64,000 bases of DNA, taken from the human T2T-CHM13v2.0 reference genome, Homo sapiens. The stretch lies in the NCBI RefSeq assembly GCF_009914755.1, contig NC_060929.1; one strand, 5' to 3'. Position numbers and translations under genes: made by a program. A model generated the notes under the pieces. The model was given only the letters and a program-made list of their open reading frames with translations, ran no database searches and was not told the DNA's origin. Positions 38,644 to 53,189 of the stretch are shown piece by piece. Each line of letters starts with the position of its first letter. The stretch's first letter is position 1.

Positions 38644-41600
38644 CTTCTGCTATGATAAAAGAATCACCAGAATAAATGCATTGATAATTAGGGAAATTAG
38701 CTTTCCATCAATAACAATTATTAGATGTAATTAGCAACCAATAAAAATCACCTAGCACTAAGACTACCAGGTAGCTTATCCTCCCAGATGGGCCAAGAAG
38801 CCCTTGCTGTCTTGTCCTTCATTTTGTGGCCAGAGCTTGAGACACTCAATGAGTCTTTGTTGACAGATGATCAACAATTTAGACCTCTCCTCCTCAGCAT
38901 CCCCAGGACTGAGCCCAGGCCCAGAACAGAGTAGGAGTCAGGAAATATTTGCTTAATGAATAAACTGTCAAAGACACATTCCCATGAGCCAGTGACTTTA
39001 CTGAATTGTAGGACTGTTGCCAATAAAACATATCATCTTACAAAATGTCAGCTACTAGGACATTAAATGTACCGAATAGAAATCAGAGCTTTTCATGGGA
39101 ACATCATTTTCCATGTGGCTCTGATTTCATTCATTCAACAAATATTTATGGAGTACCTACTATATGCCAGGATGGGCCCAACTTTTCACAAAACTTTTGG
39201 ACTTTATGGGAACCCACTTCATATTTCTCATAGAGAATACAGTAAAACCAAACCAGTTTGGCAGCTCTTCACATGGAAAAAACCCAAATACATCCTCCAA
39301 ATACATTAAACAAATATTTATTGAGCTCCAGTGTAACTTTATTTTTAAAACCAACCATCAAAGGACTACTTGGGATTGCTGCATATCACTAAGTCAATCA
39401 ACAAACATTTATTAAGCACCTCGGTGTTCAAGGAAGGAGAGTAACTCAAATAGTCTTTGCCCTAAGGACCACACTGCATTCCTGGAAGGCTTTGCTTTGG
39501 CATGCTGTATATGCTGTGTACACAGGATTAATATCCTAATCTGGGACTGTACATGGTGTGCTCTGCCCAGGAGGAGAGGGGGTCATGCATGAGAAAGCCT
39601 CATCTCCTGCACCTTCTCCATCCCCAGAATCATTAGTCTCAACCAGAAGGACCATTCCATTCGTTTTAAAATACAGTATACCTAAATTATCAAAATTCAT
39701 CTGCATATATACCATCTGAAGTTACATGTATATATATTCACACAAATAAACACATATATGACATGCTCCTGGCATGTCATATGACATGATATGCTTCCAT
39801 ATCATCAATGGAAGTTGCATTCTTGGCCAAAGCTTTAACTTCAAAGGCATTGCAGGAGGCCACAGACTCATTGAGTATGTTGTAAAAGAAACAGTATAAA
39901 CTTCTACAATTTTAAATTGTGAAGTTGTGATCCAGGTCCTACTTTACTTTTTCCAGATGCTTTGTTAATTTTATCCCAGCTCACTTTTGTGTCAGAGCAC
40001 AGACAGAAGAGCAGCGAGCTGTTTACTCTGTCCTATTTTTGTCGCTGCTGTGTTATTTCTTGCACATGATCAGGCTGAAACCATGGACAGGTCAGCCCAC
40101 ATTAGTATCAGGGTAGAGAGATGAGGGGGGAAGATCCATTTTACACTGCCCGCCACTGGCTCTTTCCAGTCTGGGGGCTCCCCTCTCCCCACTTGTTCCT
40201 CCCTCCCAAACTAACCCTGTAGGTGCATCCCCCCGGGATAGACCAGGAAACCACCCACCAGAACCTCAAGAAATACCCTTTACCTGACACCTTCCTAGGA
40301 GAACAACTCTGGATTGAAAGCTGAGGCAATGTAACCCCAGGCAGACACAGAACATAACAGTAACGGGCCCAGAACATTCTCCACCCGACAGGGTTAACAA
40401 ACCATCAGTGAACCAAGTACCCCTCTTCAGTGCTATGCCTCCCAGGGGGGCCACAAACTCAGCCGGGGTGGGGGCTGGGGAAGCAGAAGGAGAAGCAGTC
40501 CAGTGGTAATATCTGTGGGTCACCTAAGACCTCCCTGGACCTTAGGAGCCAGAGCCTTCCCCACGACTCTCCCCTGACCCCACAGAAGAGACGCCTCCCA
40601 GACACAGCAGCCTTCACATCTGGACTGGTCCCCGCTCAGGATAAAGGCAGAGCACTCATCCATTAAATGTTCCCCAAATGCCCTCTCTCATCGCTAATCC
40701 CCAAAATCCAACAAGCACAGCCACCTGTCAAAAAACACCCCACCCACAGCAAACATCAGCCTGAAGTACAAGGCCACTAAAGAGATTACCACCCAAGGAC
40801 AAGGCACTCAGAGAGCAGAGCTCAGAAGAGCAGACCGGACCCCTCCTGGGGCCTCTAGGAGCTCCGACACGGCCAAGCTCTTTTGGGGCTGTGGGGTTCC
40901 ACAACACAACCATGTAGTTGGTACCAGCAGCACGCAAGTGAACTTGCTGGTTCACTAAAACATATCCCTATCCAATGCCTCACTGTAAACATACTGGATG
41001 CTGGCTTTCTCATCTGTGTCTTGCTCTCTTCCCCATCTCCTTGAACACCGACAATGAAGCATAATCTCCCCCGTTCTGGGCCCCCAAGTAAGCATTCTCC
41101 CCAGCATAGCACCTGGCAAGGAAGACTCACAGAAACCACTGGCTGAATGGAGTCAAGTCCACTCCTGGGCCTGAAGTGACACCACCGAGGACAGCAAAAG
41201 GATGACTCACCCTTTCACTAAAGGCCCCCAACTGCCAGGTAGTGGTAGCTTCCCCTCCTTTTTGTGCACTTCGGCCCATCCCCTGCTGCACTGATCTGAC
41301 GGAACTAAGGAAGGCCCGAGACAGCTCTGCCGCTCCGAGAAGTTCAGCTTTCTTACAGCTACAGACAGCACCCCCAAAATGCCCATTTTTACACAGCTCT
41401 CGAACACATTTCAGAGACAATTTTATGATAGAAATAATAATCTGCATTAATTTTCTAAGGCGAGGACTGGAGGAAAGAAAAGTCGGCAACAAAGCCTGCT
41501 TTCACTTAACACCCTGCCAGGGTGCTGACTTGAAGGCTGAACCCTGGCCCCCACCCCTCCCAGTCACTCCTTCCACCCAGATCTGCTCCAAATCGGAGCC

Positions 41601-42699
41601 TGTACAGTTAGCTACTGATACACAGCTGTCTCTGCAGCATCCACCCCCCAGGGGCCTTCACAAGCTGAGCCTCTAGAGGCTGCGCATGAAGCAGGGCAGT
41701 CTGGCATCGGCAAAGCAGCTAGCCCTGGACAGACAGAAGTCAGAGGGCGTCCTGGGGGAGTCAGAACCACAGGCCTCTCTGCCTGAGTGATGGCTTCAGG
41801 GCAGAGCCTGGGGGCTTTGTTCCCACTGGTTGGTAGGAAACAGAGGGATGGGCAGGGCCAGGCTGAGCAGACCTGCCTGCAGTCACTGAAGACTTTGAGA
41901 AGGACCAGCAAGTCACACCAGGATACAGGAGTCCCTGGTTCCCCTCCACAGCCTGCCAGTCTACCTACCCAACCTTTCCTTGGCTGACCTTGAACAAATT
42001 ATGCAAGCCCCATTCCAGCTGAGGAATGAAAATCCGGCCCATACTGGAAGCACAGAGGGGAAGGATAGTGTATCTATCACCCAGCACAGTCTGCATAATA
42101 CTTACGTAACCTCTGTCTTGGGGGTACACATCCTTCTTGGCTCATCAGCTGAATGGCAATGACAGCTGCTGTGCTCACCGTGCCCCCACCCCACCCTACC
42201 CCATACACCTACCCCCAAAATCACCTCTTTGAATTCAAAGCACCCCAGAGCCTGTCATGCATAAATTTATCCAAAATATGGAAAAAGTTACGTATATAAA
42301 GATGCTAAGCCCTGGCACATAATAGGCATTCAATATAAATGTGTTTGATGAGTGAATGAGCAATGAGCATCAAAGTATTATTTAGCAATGGGGAAAAAAG
42401 TAGAAACTTGGAATCTGACAATAGGAACTCATTACAATGCAACCAGGAAGTAAGAGCTCCCTCTGCAGGCTCACTGTTGCAGCATCACCAAGAGTGGGGG
42501 AGTTGGGGAGACCCTCAACTAGCAATGACCTCCACTCCCTGCCTGCTCCCACCTCGGCCTAAGGAGAGCTGATCTCAGGCTGAGGAGACCAAGTGCCATC
42601 AGAAGCACTGGTTGCTTCTGACCTCAATACCATGCATGGATTTTATTCTAAGGGCCACCAAGAGCCACTGTTGAGTGACTACCACATCTGTGTTTCAGA

Positions 42700-44845
<2,146 letters not shown>

Positions 44846-45049
44846 CTAGAGAGCCAACAACTACTGCAATGGTTGATACAGGGAGCAGGGTGGCCATGGG
44901 TCTCCAAGACTCAGCTAAAAACAGCTGGGAGGAAAGGCCTTAGGCCTAAGGAAGTTGTTACAAGGAATGAGTGAAACAGGCAGAACAGCAGAAGTATCTG
45001 GCATGGAGTAAGTGTTCAACAAATGGCAGTAATAACCATAATCCACTAC

Positions 45050-45445
45050 ACTGGATACTCTGTCTGCCCCTCCAGATCCATTCTCCTCCCTTCCACCCTG
45101 CTCTGTGCCCCCAGAACTGATCATTATGGACTGCTGTCCATGGGCTTATGATTGGGCTTAGCCTTTCAACGTGAGGTACTTGCAGAAGACGGGAGTTTAG
45201 GGAAGAATGAAGTCGGGGTACTCACCCCGAGTCTCCCTCCCTGCTAGGCTTCAGATGGGCAATGACTACCTTCCTCTACCCAAGGCCACAGCTCCTGCCA
45301 AGAAGCTCCCTCTCTTGTAGGCCTCAGGGTGTTAACAGACCAGACCTGACACCCCATCCACAGCTTTGCAAATGATGTCTTCATTAAACTCTCCTGGATT
45401 ACCAAGTGTAAGTGTGCACCAGATCCCTGCAAAGACGCTAACCAA
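45050..45445 (+). mobile_element. ERVL LTR (LTR33-like)
   Basis: gcccctccagatccattctcc...ccaccctgctctgtgccc...ccaaggccacagctcctg...ttcattaaactctcct. Confidence 0.65.
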
Positions 45446-46199
45446 CAGAGCAATCACAACCATCATCATCATCATTGCCATCATCTTATGATTCTGCCAA
45501 GGAAGAGAGTACTATGGAAAAGTCTCTGGCCCCGCTGTTTCACCAACACCATTCTAGGTGGTTTGTCAGGGCAGAACTAGGCCAGCCTATAGGAGGGGTA
45601 TCAGACCAGCCAGTGATCACAGAAACAGCACCTCTTCCTAGCCCTGAGGACCAGGAAAAGCAACTTCCCCAGCAGAAGGCAACCCTAGCTCTAAAAGCCA
45701 ACATGGGGGCGAACACAATCAGCAGCTCGCTCACACACATGCACGCATGCACACACACACACTCCAGCACTTTCTCTTTCTTGCCAGGAAGAAACAACCC
45801 AGGGGAACAGTTCCTGGTTCAAGCTCCAGGATGCTGGCAAAGGCTGATGGCCCTGTGTTCTGGTAGCAGGTCTGCGTACCCAATGCAGCTGTTCTCTCCC
45901 TCCATTCTTCCACAACAGTCTCGCAGTGGGCAGTAGAGCTTTCCAGGGGTAGCTTCTATTTTGAAACACCCTGGCAGCTGGGCCACCACCAGCACAGCTG
46001 AGTTCCATGCTGAGCTCCTGGGCTCAGGAGGTTGCTGACTCAGGGCAGCCTGCCCACCCACCTATCAAGGGGAGATGGCCTGCGCTGGCAGCCAGTACAC
46101 TATGGTCTGGATCCCAGGCATACCTGGGGCTCCTACCTGACCTAAGGCACCTCAAGTTCCCTGGAGCCTCACTGCTTGGCTTGACCAGGTAGGGTTGAG

Positions 46200-47010
46200 A
46201 CAGACAGTGCTTGGGCAGGAAGCCTCGGGAATCAAATAGACCTGAGTTCTAACCCACCCCACCACTTTCTAGGTATGTGACTTTGGGCAAGTCGCAACCT
46301 CTCTACTCCTTTTTCTTCAGCTCTAATATGGAGAAAGACAGCCTGGATTGGCGTCACTGTGAGGACTGAATTAGCTCGTTAATATACAACACTTGGTACA
46401 GTGGCTGGCGCTTGGTAAGCAGGGAATACACACAGTATTTTATCACAAGTTTTCATTTTGTATATTTATTATAATAATGGCTGCTAAGCATGTTCAAAAG
46501 GTCACCCTGAACCACAGGGTCCAGAGTCCTTCATGTCCACAATGAGGCATTGTTTAGCTGAACAGGTCCTGAAAGAATGCCTCCCACCAGATCCCAGGGA
46601 AAACGGACCCTTATAATAGACACTCAGCACCACTGTCCTTGCAAGAAATAGAGGTGACTCCATTGTCCACTGCCAGTTGGCCCGCACACAGCCATGCACA
46701 AGTTCACTCTGACTGGTGTGGAAAAATAATGTCTCCCATCTGAACACCAATTTTGACTTTCCAAAAGGCATTCACATCTGTTAGCACCTTGCAAGGGTCC
46801 CTTGGAGTGCAACTGCAATGTGAGAGCACCACCATTCAGACCAGGCCTTGAATCCCAACTCCACTCCTGCCAGGCTGTGTTACCTCACCTCTCTGTGCTC
46901 GAGTCTGCTGACCTGTGAAATGGAAACACACTATCTCTCTCCCAGGGTATAGGGTGGTGAACTCAACATCACAGAACATTCGTTGAGCCCCCAGAAAGGT
47001 GCTGAGCAAG
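46200..47010 (+). mobile_element. Two MIR fragments (~46200-46430, ~46820-47010)
   Basis: tgtgactttgggcaagtc and cctctctgtgctc...tgtgaaatgg cores. Confidence 0.65.
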
Positions 47011-47066
47011 CCCTCAATCAGCAATCACTGTAATGACGACAATCATACTTTTATAGCAGACAAACT

Positions 47067-48612
47067 CGGCCGGGCTCAGTGGCTCACACCTGCAATCCCC
47101 GCACTTTAGGAGGCCGAGGCGGGTGGATCAGGAGGTCAGGAGTTCAAGACCAACCTGGCCAAGATGGTGAAACCCCATCTCTACTAAAAAATACAAAAAA
47201 ATTAGCCAGGCATGGTGGCAGGCGCCTGTAATCCCGGCTACTCGAGAGGGTGAGGCAGAGACTTGCTTGAACCCGAGAGGTAGAGATTGCAGGGAGCCGA
47301 GATTGCACCACTGCACTCCAGCCTGGGCAACAGAGTGAGACTCCATCTAAAAAAAAAAAAAAAAAAAAGAGAGAGAGAAACTGAGGCACAAGACAGTGAC
47401 TTGACCTGTATGAGACCGACCCTATGGCTCACCAGACCTGTGTTATGGGCCTAAGCTACTCTCCAGTGCTCTTTCCAGCACAGTTCTGAGTAAAGAACTT
47501 AAAGTCCCACTCATCCCAAACCCCCTGAGTACGTGGTAAAATGGAGAAATGCACCCAGACCCAGCTGAGGAGCCCACTGGTCAACTTTTCTCAGTGGCTA
47601 CCACAGGACTCCATGGAAAACCCAAAGCCGCAGACTACAGAATCTCTGAGCACCAGGAGGGGCTGCCTCCAAGCTTCGGCTGGTCCTCAACCACACATGC
47701 GCCTCTTCCAGTCACTACCACCGAAGACACTACACCACGGGAAATTCCATCAAAGGCGAAGTGGACTTCAGTGCTTCAGGAGCATCTTCCTGGTAAGGGT
47801 AGAGGTTGGATGCCCTTCACCTCCCCAGCATGGAGTTCACTGTCCACACCTGCCTAGTGTTCAGCAAGGCCAGGGGCCCACAGGCACCTCATCCCTGTAT
47901 GGTCCCCCACTTTCTGAGCTACGAATAACCCCTGCCTATAGCCCCACTCTAGAATAGCAAAAATAAAACTAAATAATCAACAAGGAGTAGTCCCCACTAC
48001 CCACAGGCAGGCACCCTACTCAGGACAACCCCAGCACAAGCTGTCCATCCACCCACCATGAGGGAAGGGGTAACAGGCCCAACACCTTCTGTAGAATCCC
48101 AGTCACCCATGTCACCCTCCCTGCAAGCCCAGAAACACCAGTTCAACAAGTTTCCCTCGGGACTTGGAAAACCAGAGAATGAAGACGATGTGTTTAAAGC
48201 ACTTATTTCAAGAGACTATACATACTGTTACAGTTCTTTAAATATTTGTGACTCTCTGCTAGGTGAGGCTGTTTTCCACAAGTGAGATGTCTGTGTCCCT
48301 CAAAAGGATGTCCAGGACCGGGCATGGTGGCTCACGCGTGTAATCCCAGCACTTTGGGAGGCGGAGGCGGGTGGATTGCTTGAGGCCAGGAGTTTGAGAT
48401 CAGCCTGGCAAACATGGTGAAACCCCGACTCTACTAAAAATACAAAAATTAGCCAGGCGTGGTGGTGTGTGCCTGGGATCCCAGATACTCTGTGAGGCTG
48501 AGGTGGGAGGATTGCCTGAACCCAGGAAACAGAAGCTGCCATGAGCCGTTATGGTGCCACCGCGCTCCAGACCTGGCAACAGAGCAAGACCCTGTCTCAA
48601 AAAAAAAAAAAA
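47067..48612 (+). mobile_element. Alus (47067-47370; 48316-48612)
   Basis: Alu consensus. Confidence 0.9.
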
Positions 48613-49479
48613 GTCCAGGATCAAAGGACTATGGTCTGGGCCTGCAGCCCTTCATATGCCCATTCAATAATTCCACAAATACTCAATAAGCACCTACTAT
48701 GGGCCATGTACTGGAATAGTAAAACTCTTGTCAGTAAAGATGGGTGGATTCTGACACAAGAGTGCATTTACCCCCACAGACCCTTCTCAAGCACCTACTG
48801 TGTGCCAGGCAGCACCACCCCAGGCACTGAAGACAAAGTAGCACAGGGCCTCAGTGCCTCAGTCTGACCCTTAGGAGCTGAGTTGGTCCAGAGCTGGGGT
48901 GGGCAGAATGAAGGCTGGCCCTCGGTAGTCTGCTCTGGCCTTCTCCTGCCTCAGTGGAGAAGTTTAGGCAACAGAGGAGCCCTTTCCCCTATCTCCCCAG
49001 GAGAGGGGAGGCTAGTCAAGGGGACAGGGACCCCGGGCGGAACGGGCTCTAAACCAGGGTCTGCTCCTGCATTCAAGATCTCCACATGCAAACTTACTGC
49101 TCCAGCTTGACAATGTCCATTTGTAAACTTACAAGATTTTTCATAAATTAAGCTGAAAGTTACTCAATACCTGGTATACAAATGCTTGTCAATAATAGTG
49201 AAAGAATGTTTAAAAACAGGAGCTACATTTATTGAACCCCTTCCACAACGCCACGTGTAGCAAAATGGTCTGCGGGGGATGGGCTGGATTCACCCAAAAA
49301 GCCCCAAGGGTGTCAGGGTTTCTACTTAGCCCTTCTCCACACCGGCACTGTTCTAAAGGTTTCATGCTAATTAATTCATTTTATTATTCCCCAAAACTCA
49401 TCGAAGGAGAGGTACAATTGCTCCCGTCCTATAGATGAGAAAACGAAGGTATGGGGACTTCCCAGCTGTGTGACCTTGT

Positions 49480-51450
49480 ACAAACCACTAAGACTGCGGG
49501 CCTCTAATCCAAAGTCAGGCTCCGAAACAGTTTCCAGAATGCACCGCCGCATTTGGCGAATGAATGAACGACCGAACCAGTAATCACTCCTAAGACCAAG
49601 AAGGCCACATCCTTCCCCGTGGGGCCTCCTTTTCCGAGGCCAAACCTTCAGCCCAGGCCCGAGCTCCGGCCTCTACCGCCTAAGTCGACTCTCGGCCGGC
49701 GCGTTCCGCTCTAGAAGGCTCTGGCACAGGCGGGCGGTGCCGGGCGCCAGCTTCTGCGGGCGTGGGCCGGCCAGGGCGCGTGGGCCTGGGGACTCGGGGC
49801 CACGGTCGTCACGTGAGCTCATCCCCGAGGCGGCAGCGTGGCCGGCACCCGCCCGCTGGCCTAGTCCGGCGAGCGTGGGCGGCGAACGGGTCCCCGCCGG
49901 ATGCACGCTGGTGGGATCCAGGGCCAGAGGGCGCCGCCGGGGAAGGTCACCTAGACGCGCGGCCCGCCGGGCCTCCACGCGGCCGCCCTTGCACTTCCGC
50001 CCGCAAGCCCGGGCCGCCTCTCGCCGCCAGCCGCAGGCGTCTCTGGACCCTCGGCCTCGCGCTCCCCAGCCCAGACCTGTTCGGCACCCGCCTGTGCGGC
50101 CTTCTCTGCCCGCCCGCTCACCAGCCAGGCCCGCGCCGGCCGCTCGCGATCCCTCCCCGCGGCCGGGCTGCCGGGGCCCCTCGCCCGCTCCTCCCTCAGC
50201 GCCTCCCTCTCAGCTCCCCAGGGGCCTGGCCCCCGCCGTCCAGGGCGCAAGGAAGCCGGGGTCCTTTTCCGCTGCGCCTACCTCAGAGGATGTGGCGGCG
50301 GGCTCGGAGGCGGCTACGGCGGGGGCTGCGACGCGGAGGCAGGGAGCCGAGCCAGGGAGCGGAGCCGAGCGAGCGGCTGGGCCAAGGGCGGGGCGGCGCG
50401 GACGGCGGCGGCGCGGACCCGCCTCCCCTCCTGCGCGCCCGGCCCGGCGCGCTCCGCCCCCAGGCCCCGCCCGGGACAGCGTCCAGGCCGGGCCAGGGTC
50501 CCCATCCCGCTAGCGAGCCGCGTTCTTACCCTTCCGGGCCCCGCTGCCCCGGCAGCAGACACAGGAGCCTGCGGGCGTGTTGCGGGCGCGCGGGAGGACC
50601 TGCGTGAGTCGGGGCACGGGGAGGCGCCGGACTGACGTGTGCACCGTGTGTGCGTGCGCAGGGACACGCGGGTTCTTGCTGGAAACCTCGGCCCCAGTGG
50701 CAGCGCTCGGGAAGGGGGAGGAGGCCTTCCGATTCTCTGAGCTGTGGCCCGGAGGTCCCTGCGCTAATGGAAGACGCGCGGGGCTCCTGGGCCTCCTGCT
50801 TGGCCTCCGCGCTGCTAGATCCCCCGGGAGTTGATGTGGCCGGCGCTGGACCCAAGCCTCGCCTGGGTGGACAAAGTGGCCCCCGGCCCCCCATCAAAGC
50901 CCGCGTGGGCCCCATCCCCCGAGGGCAGTCCCAGGCCCAGCGCGGACACTGGGCGCCTGGGGCGGCGCAGATACAGAGTAGAGGCGGCGACTGTTGCTCC
51001 CGAGCTCCGCGCTCCGGATACAATGTGTCTGGCGCCTCCGACCCGCCCGCGCGGCGTCTAGACAATCTCAGAGAAAACCCCTGTGCGCCGATTTTGCACT
51101 ACAGATTAGCGATTTTCTCCTGTAGCAAAGCTACTAGCAGCCAATTTCCATGCATTTGAGAGGCAAAAAGACAAAATAAAACAAAACGTGGATTGGGTTT
51201 TGCGAGGTCCCTGCTGGGTCTCTCGGCGCGAGGAGATCACGCCGGTTATGGCCGGCCGGCCGACTGAGGGCACCCCGGGTAACCCCCGCGACCAGCCGGG
51301 GCGTGTCCTGCGGGACCCAGTTAGTGTGTGTTGAGTGAACGGTCACCTCGCTGCTAGGCCTAAGCGAGTGGTCTCGTTCACCACTGAGTGTCCCCTGTGT
51401 TACGCGCGAGGCCCACTCGAAGCAGGTTTCGAGAATTAATTCGTAGATGG
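49480..51450. promoter_or_regulatory. VDAC1 CpG island / promoter
   Basis: Very high GC and CpG; GC boxes ~50386-50470, CRE/HRE-like TGACGTG 50633-50639, NRF1-like TGCGCACGCACA (minus) 50649-50660, E-box TCACGTGA 49809-49816. Confidence 0.9.
50282..50380 (-). other. VDAC1: VDAC1 non-coding exon 1 (TSS approximate)
   Basis: Donor CTCTGAG|GTAGGC with GT at 50281-50280; GC boxes immediately upstream; matches recalled VDAC1 5' UTR. Confidence 0.85.
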
Positions 51451-52095
51451 ACGAAGATTCTGCACATCCTTCGCCTTTGATCAACAAACGTCCTGGAAGG
51501 CTTGAGGCGTCTAGGGCCCTGTGGAGGAGGTGCCGGGTTACAGAATCAGGACACTCCTCACAGCCAGCTGCGACACTATCTAAAGCAGTGGGCAACTGGG
51601 GCTACGGAGGAGGCAATCAGGACTGGCTGCTGGGAAAAGGCGGCAGATTAAAAGTGGCGACTGGAGTTGGAAAAGGTGCTCCAGTGGGATAGGGTGCTGA
51701 GGAAGAGGGCAGCTGATACAGAGTGGGAGTGGGGTGCAGACAGGTTACCTAGGCCCTGTGTAGGGGCTGGGGGAGGGGTGACTGGGAATGTAAGGAAGAG
51801 CCCCCTTCAAGATCCTGAGGAGTGTAGGACGGATTCTATGACCCTCCCAGGCGCACGAGTTGCCTGGGAACTCTGGGCTTCCCAGCCTGGTGGTCCCCAC
51901 CCCGCACACTGAGACTGGTGGGCAGGGGGAGGACAAGAACTCAGGGAGGCCGGGCGGGACAAGGCGGGGCTCCAGGAACCCCACAGGGCTAGGAACAGAT
52001 GCCGGTGCAACCCAGTTTTGAGGCTGGGAGCAAATGTCGAAGGGCTTCCTCCCCTCCAGCGCCACCTCTCAACTCCGCTTTAAAGAACCAATCTG

Positions 52096-53070
52096 GGCCG
52101 GGTGCAGTGGCTCAAGCCTGTAATCCTAGTACTTTGGGAGGCCGAGACAGGCAGATCACTTGAGGCCAGGACTTCGAGACCAGCCTGGGCAACATGGCAA
52201 AACCCTGTCTCTACTAAAAATACAAAAACTAGACGGGCGTGGTGGTGCGCGCCTGTAGTCCCAGCTACTCAGGAGGCTGAGGCACGAGAATCGCTTGAAC
52301 TTGGAAGGAGGAGGCTGGAGTCAGCTGAGATTGAGCCGCTGTACTCCAGCCTGACTGACAGAGTGACATTGTCCCCCCCCCCCCCAAAAAAAAAACAAAA
52401 AAAAACAACAACTTGGAAAGAGTTCTTCATGGCCTCTGCTACCCTGGGCCCCTTCGCCAGCTCCCCTAGGTGCTAGTTTCAGATTAACCACTCACTTAGT
52501 GGCTGCGTGACCCAGGCAAGAAGGCTGGCCTCTAAGAGCCTCAGCTTCAGAGTGTTGGTGTAAGTTTAAAATGGGACACATAAAGAGTAGGCACTCGGCC
52601 CCGTGCAGTGGCTCACTCCTGTAATCCCAGCACTTTGGGAGGCTGAGGCGGCTGGATCACCTGAGGTCGGGAGTTCGAGACCAGCCTTACCAACATGGAG
52701 AAACCCCGTCTCTACTAAAAATACAAAAATTAGCCGGGCATGGTGGCACATGCCTATAATCCCAGCTACTCGTGAAGCTAAGGCAGGAGAATTGCTTGAA
52801 CCCAGGAGGCGGAGGTTGCGGTGAGCTAAGATCTCACCATCACACTCCAGTCTGGGCAACAAGAGCGAAACTCTGCCAAAAAAAAGAAAAAAGAGTAGGC
52901 ACTCATCAGTAACTGGGCCAGGCTCAGAGGCACATGTGGGTAATCCCAACTGTTTGGGAGGCCAAGGAGGTAGGATGGCTTGAGGCCAGGAGTTCGAGGG
53001 TGCAGTGAGCTAGCATCCCACTACTGCACTCCAGCCTGGACCACAGAGCAAGTTCCCGTCTCAAGAAATA
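52096..53070 (+). mobile_element. Alus upstream of VDAC1 (52096-52410; 52597-52892; monomer 52916-53070)
   Basis: Alu consensus. Confidence 0.9.
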
Positions 53071-53189
53071 GTATTAGTAATTTTTTTAAAAACAAAATCA
53101 GCTGAGATCTGCAGGTGCCATAATCACTAGAATCCATTGACCCACCACAACCCTGAGGGAGAGGGGAAACCCCCTGAGCCCCACCTCCA

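Noticed and set aside
47541-47957. 138-aa plus-strand ORF in unique intron 1 sequence
   Set aside because: No domain or splice evidence; cannot be supported from sequence alone
49673-51159. Long overlapping ORFs (258, 281, 179, 169 aa) on both strands
   Set aside because: Expected stop-codon scarcity in a very GC-rich CpG island; low-complexity R/P/A/G peptides with no recognisable domain
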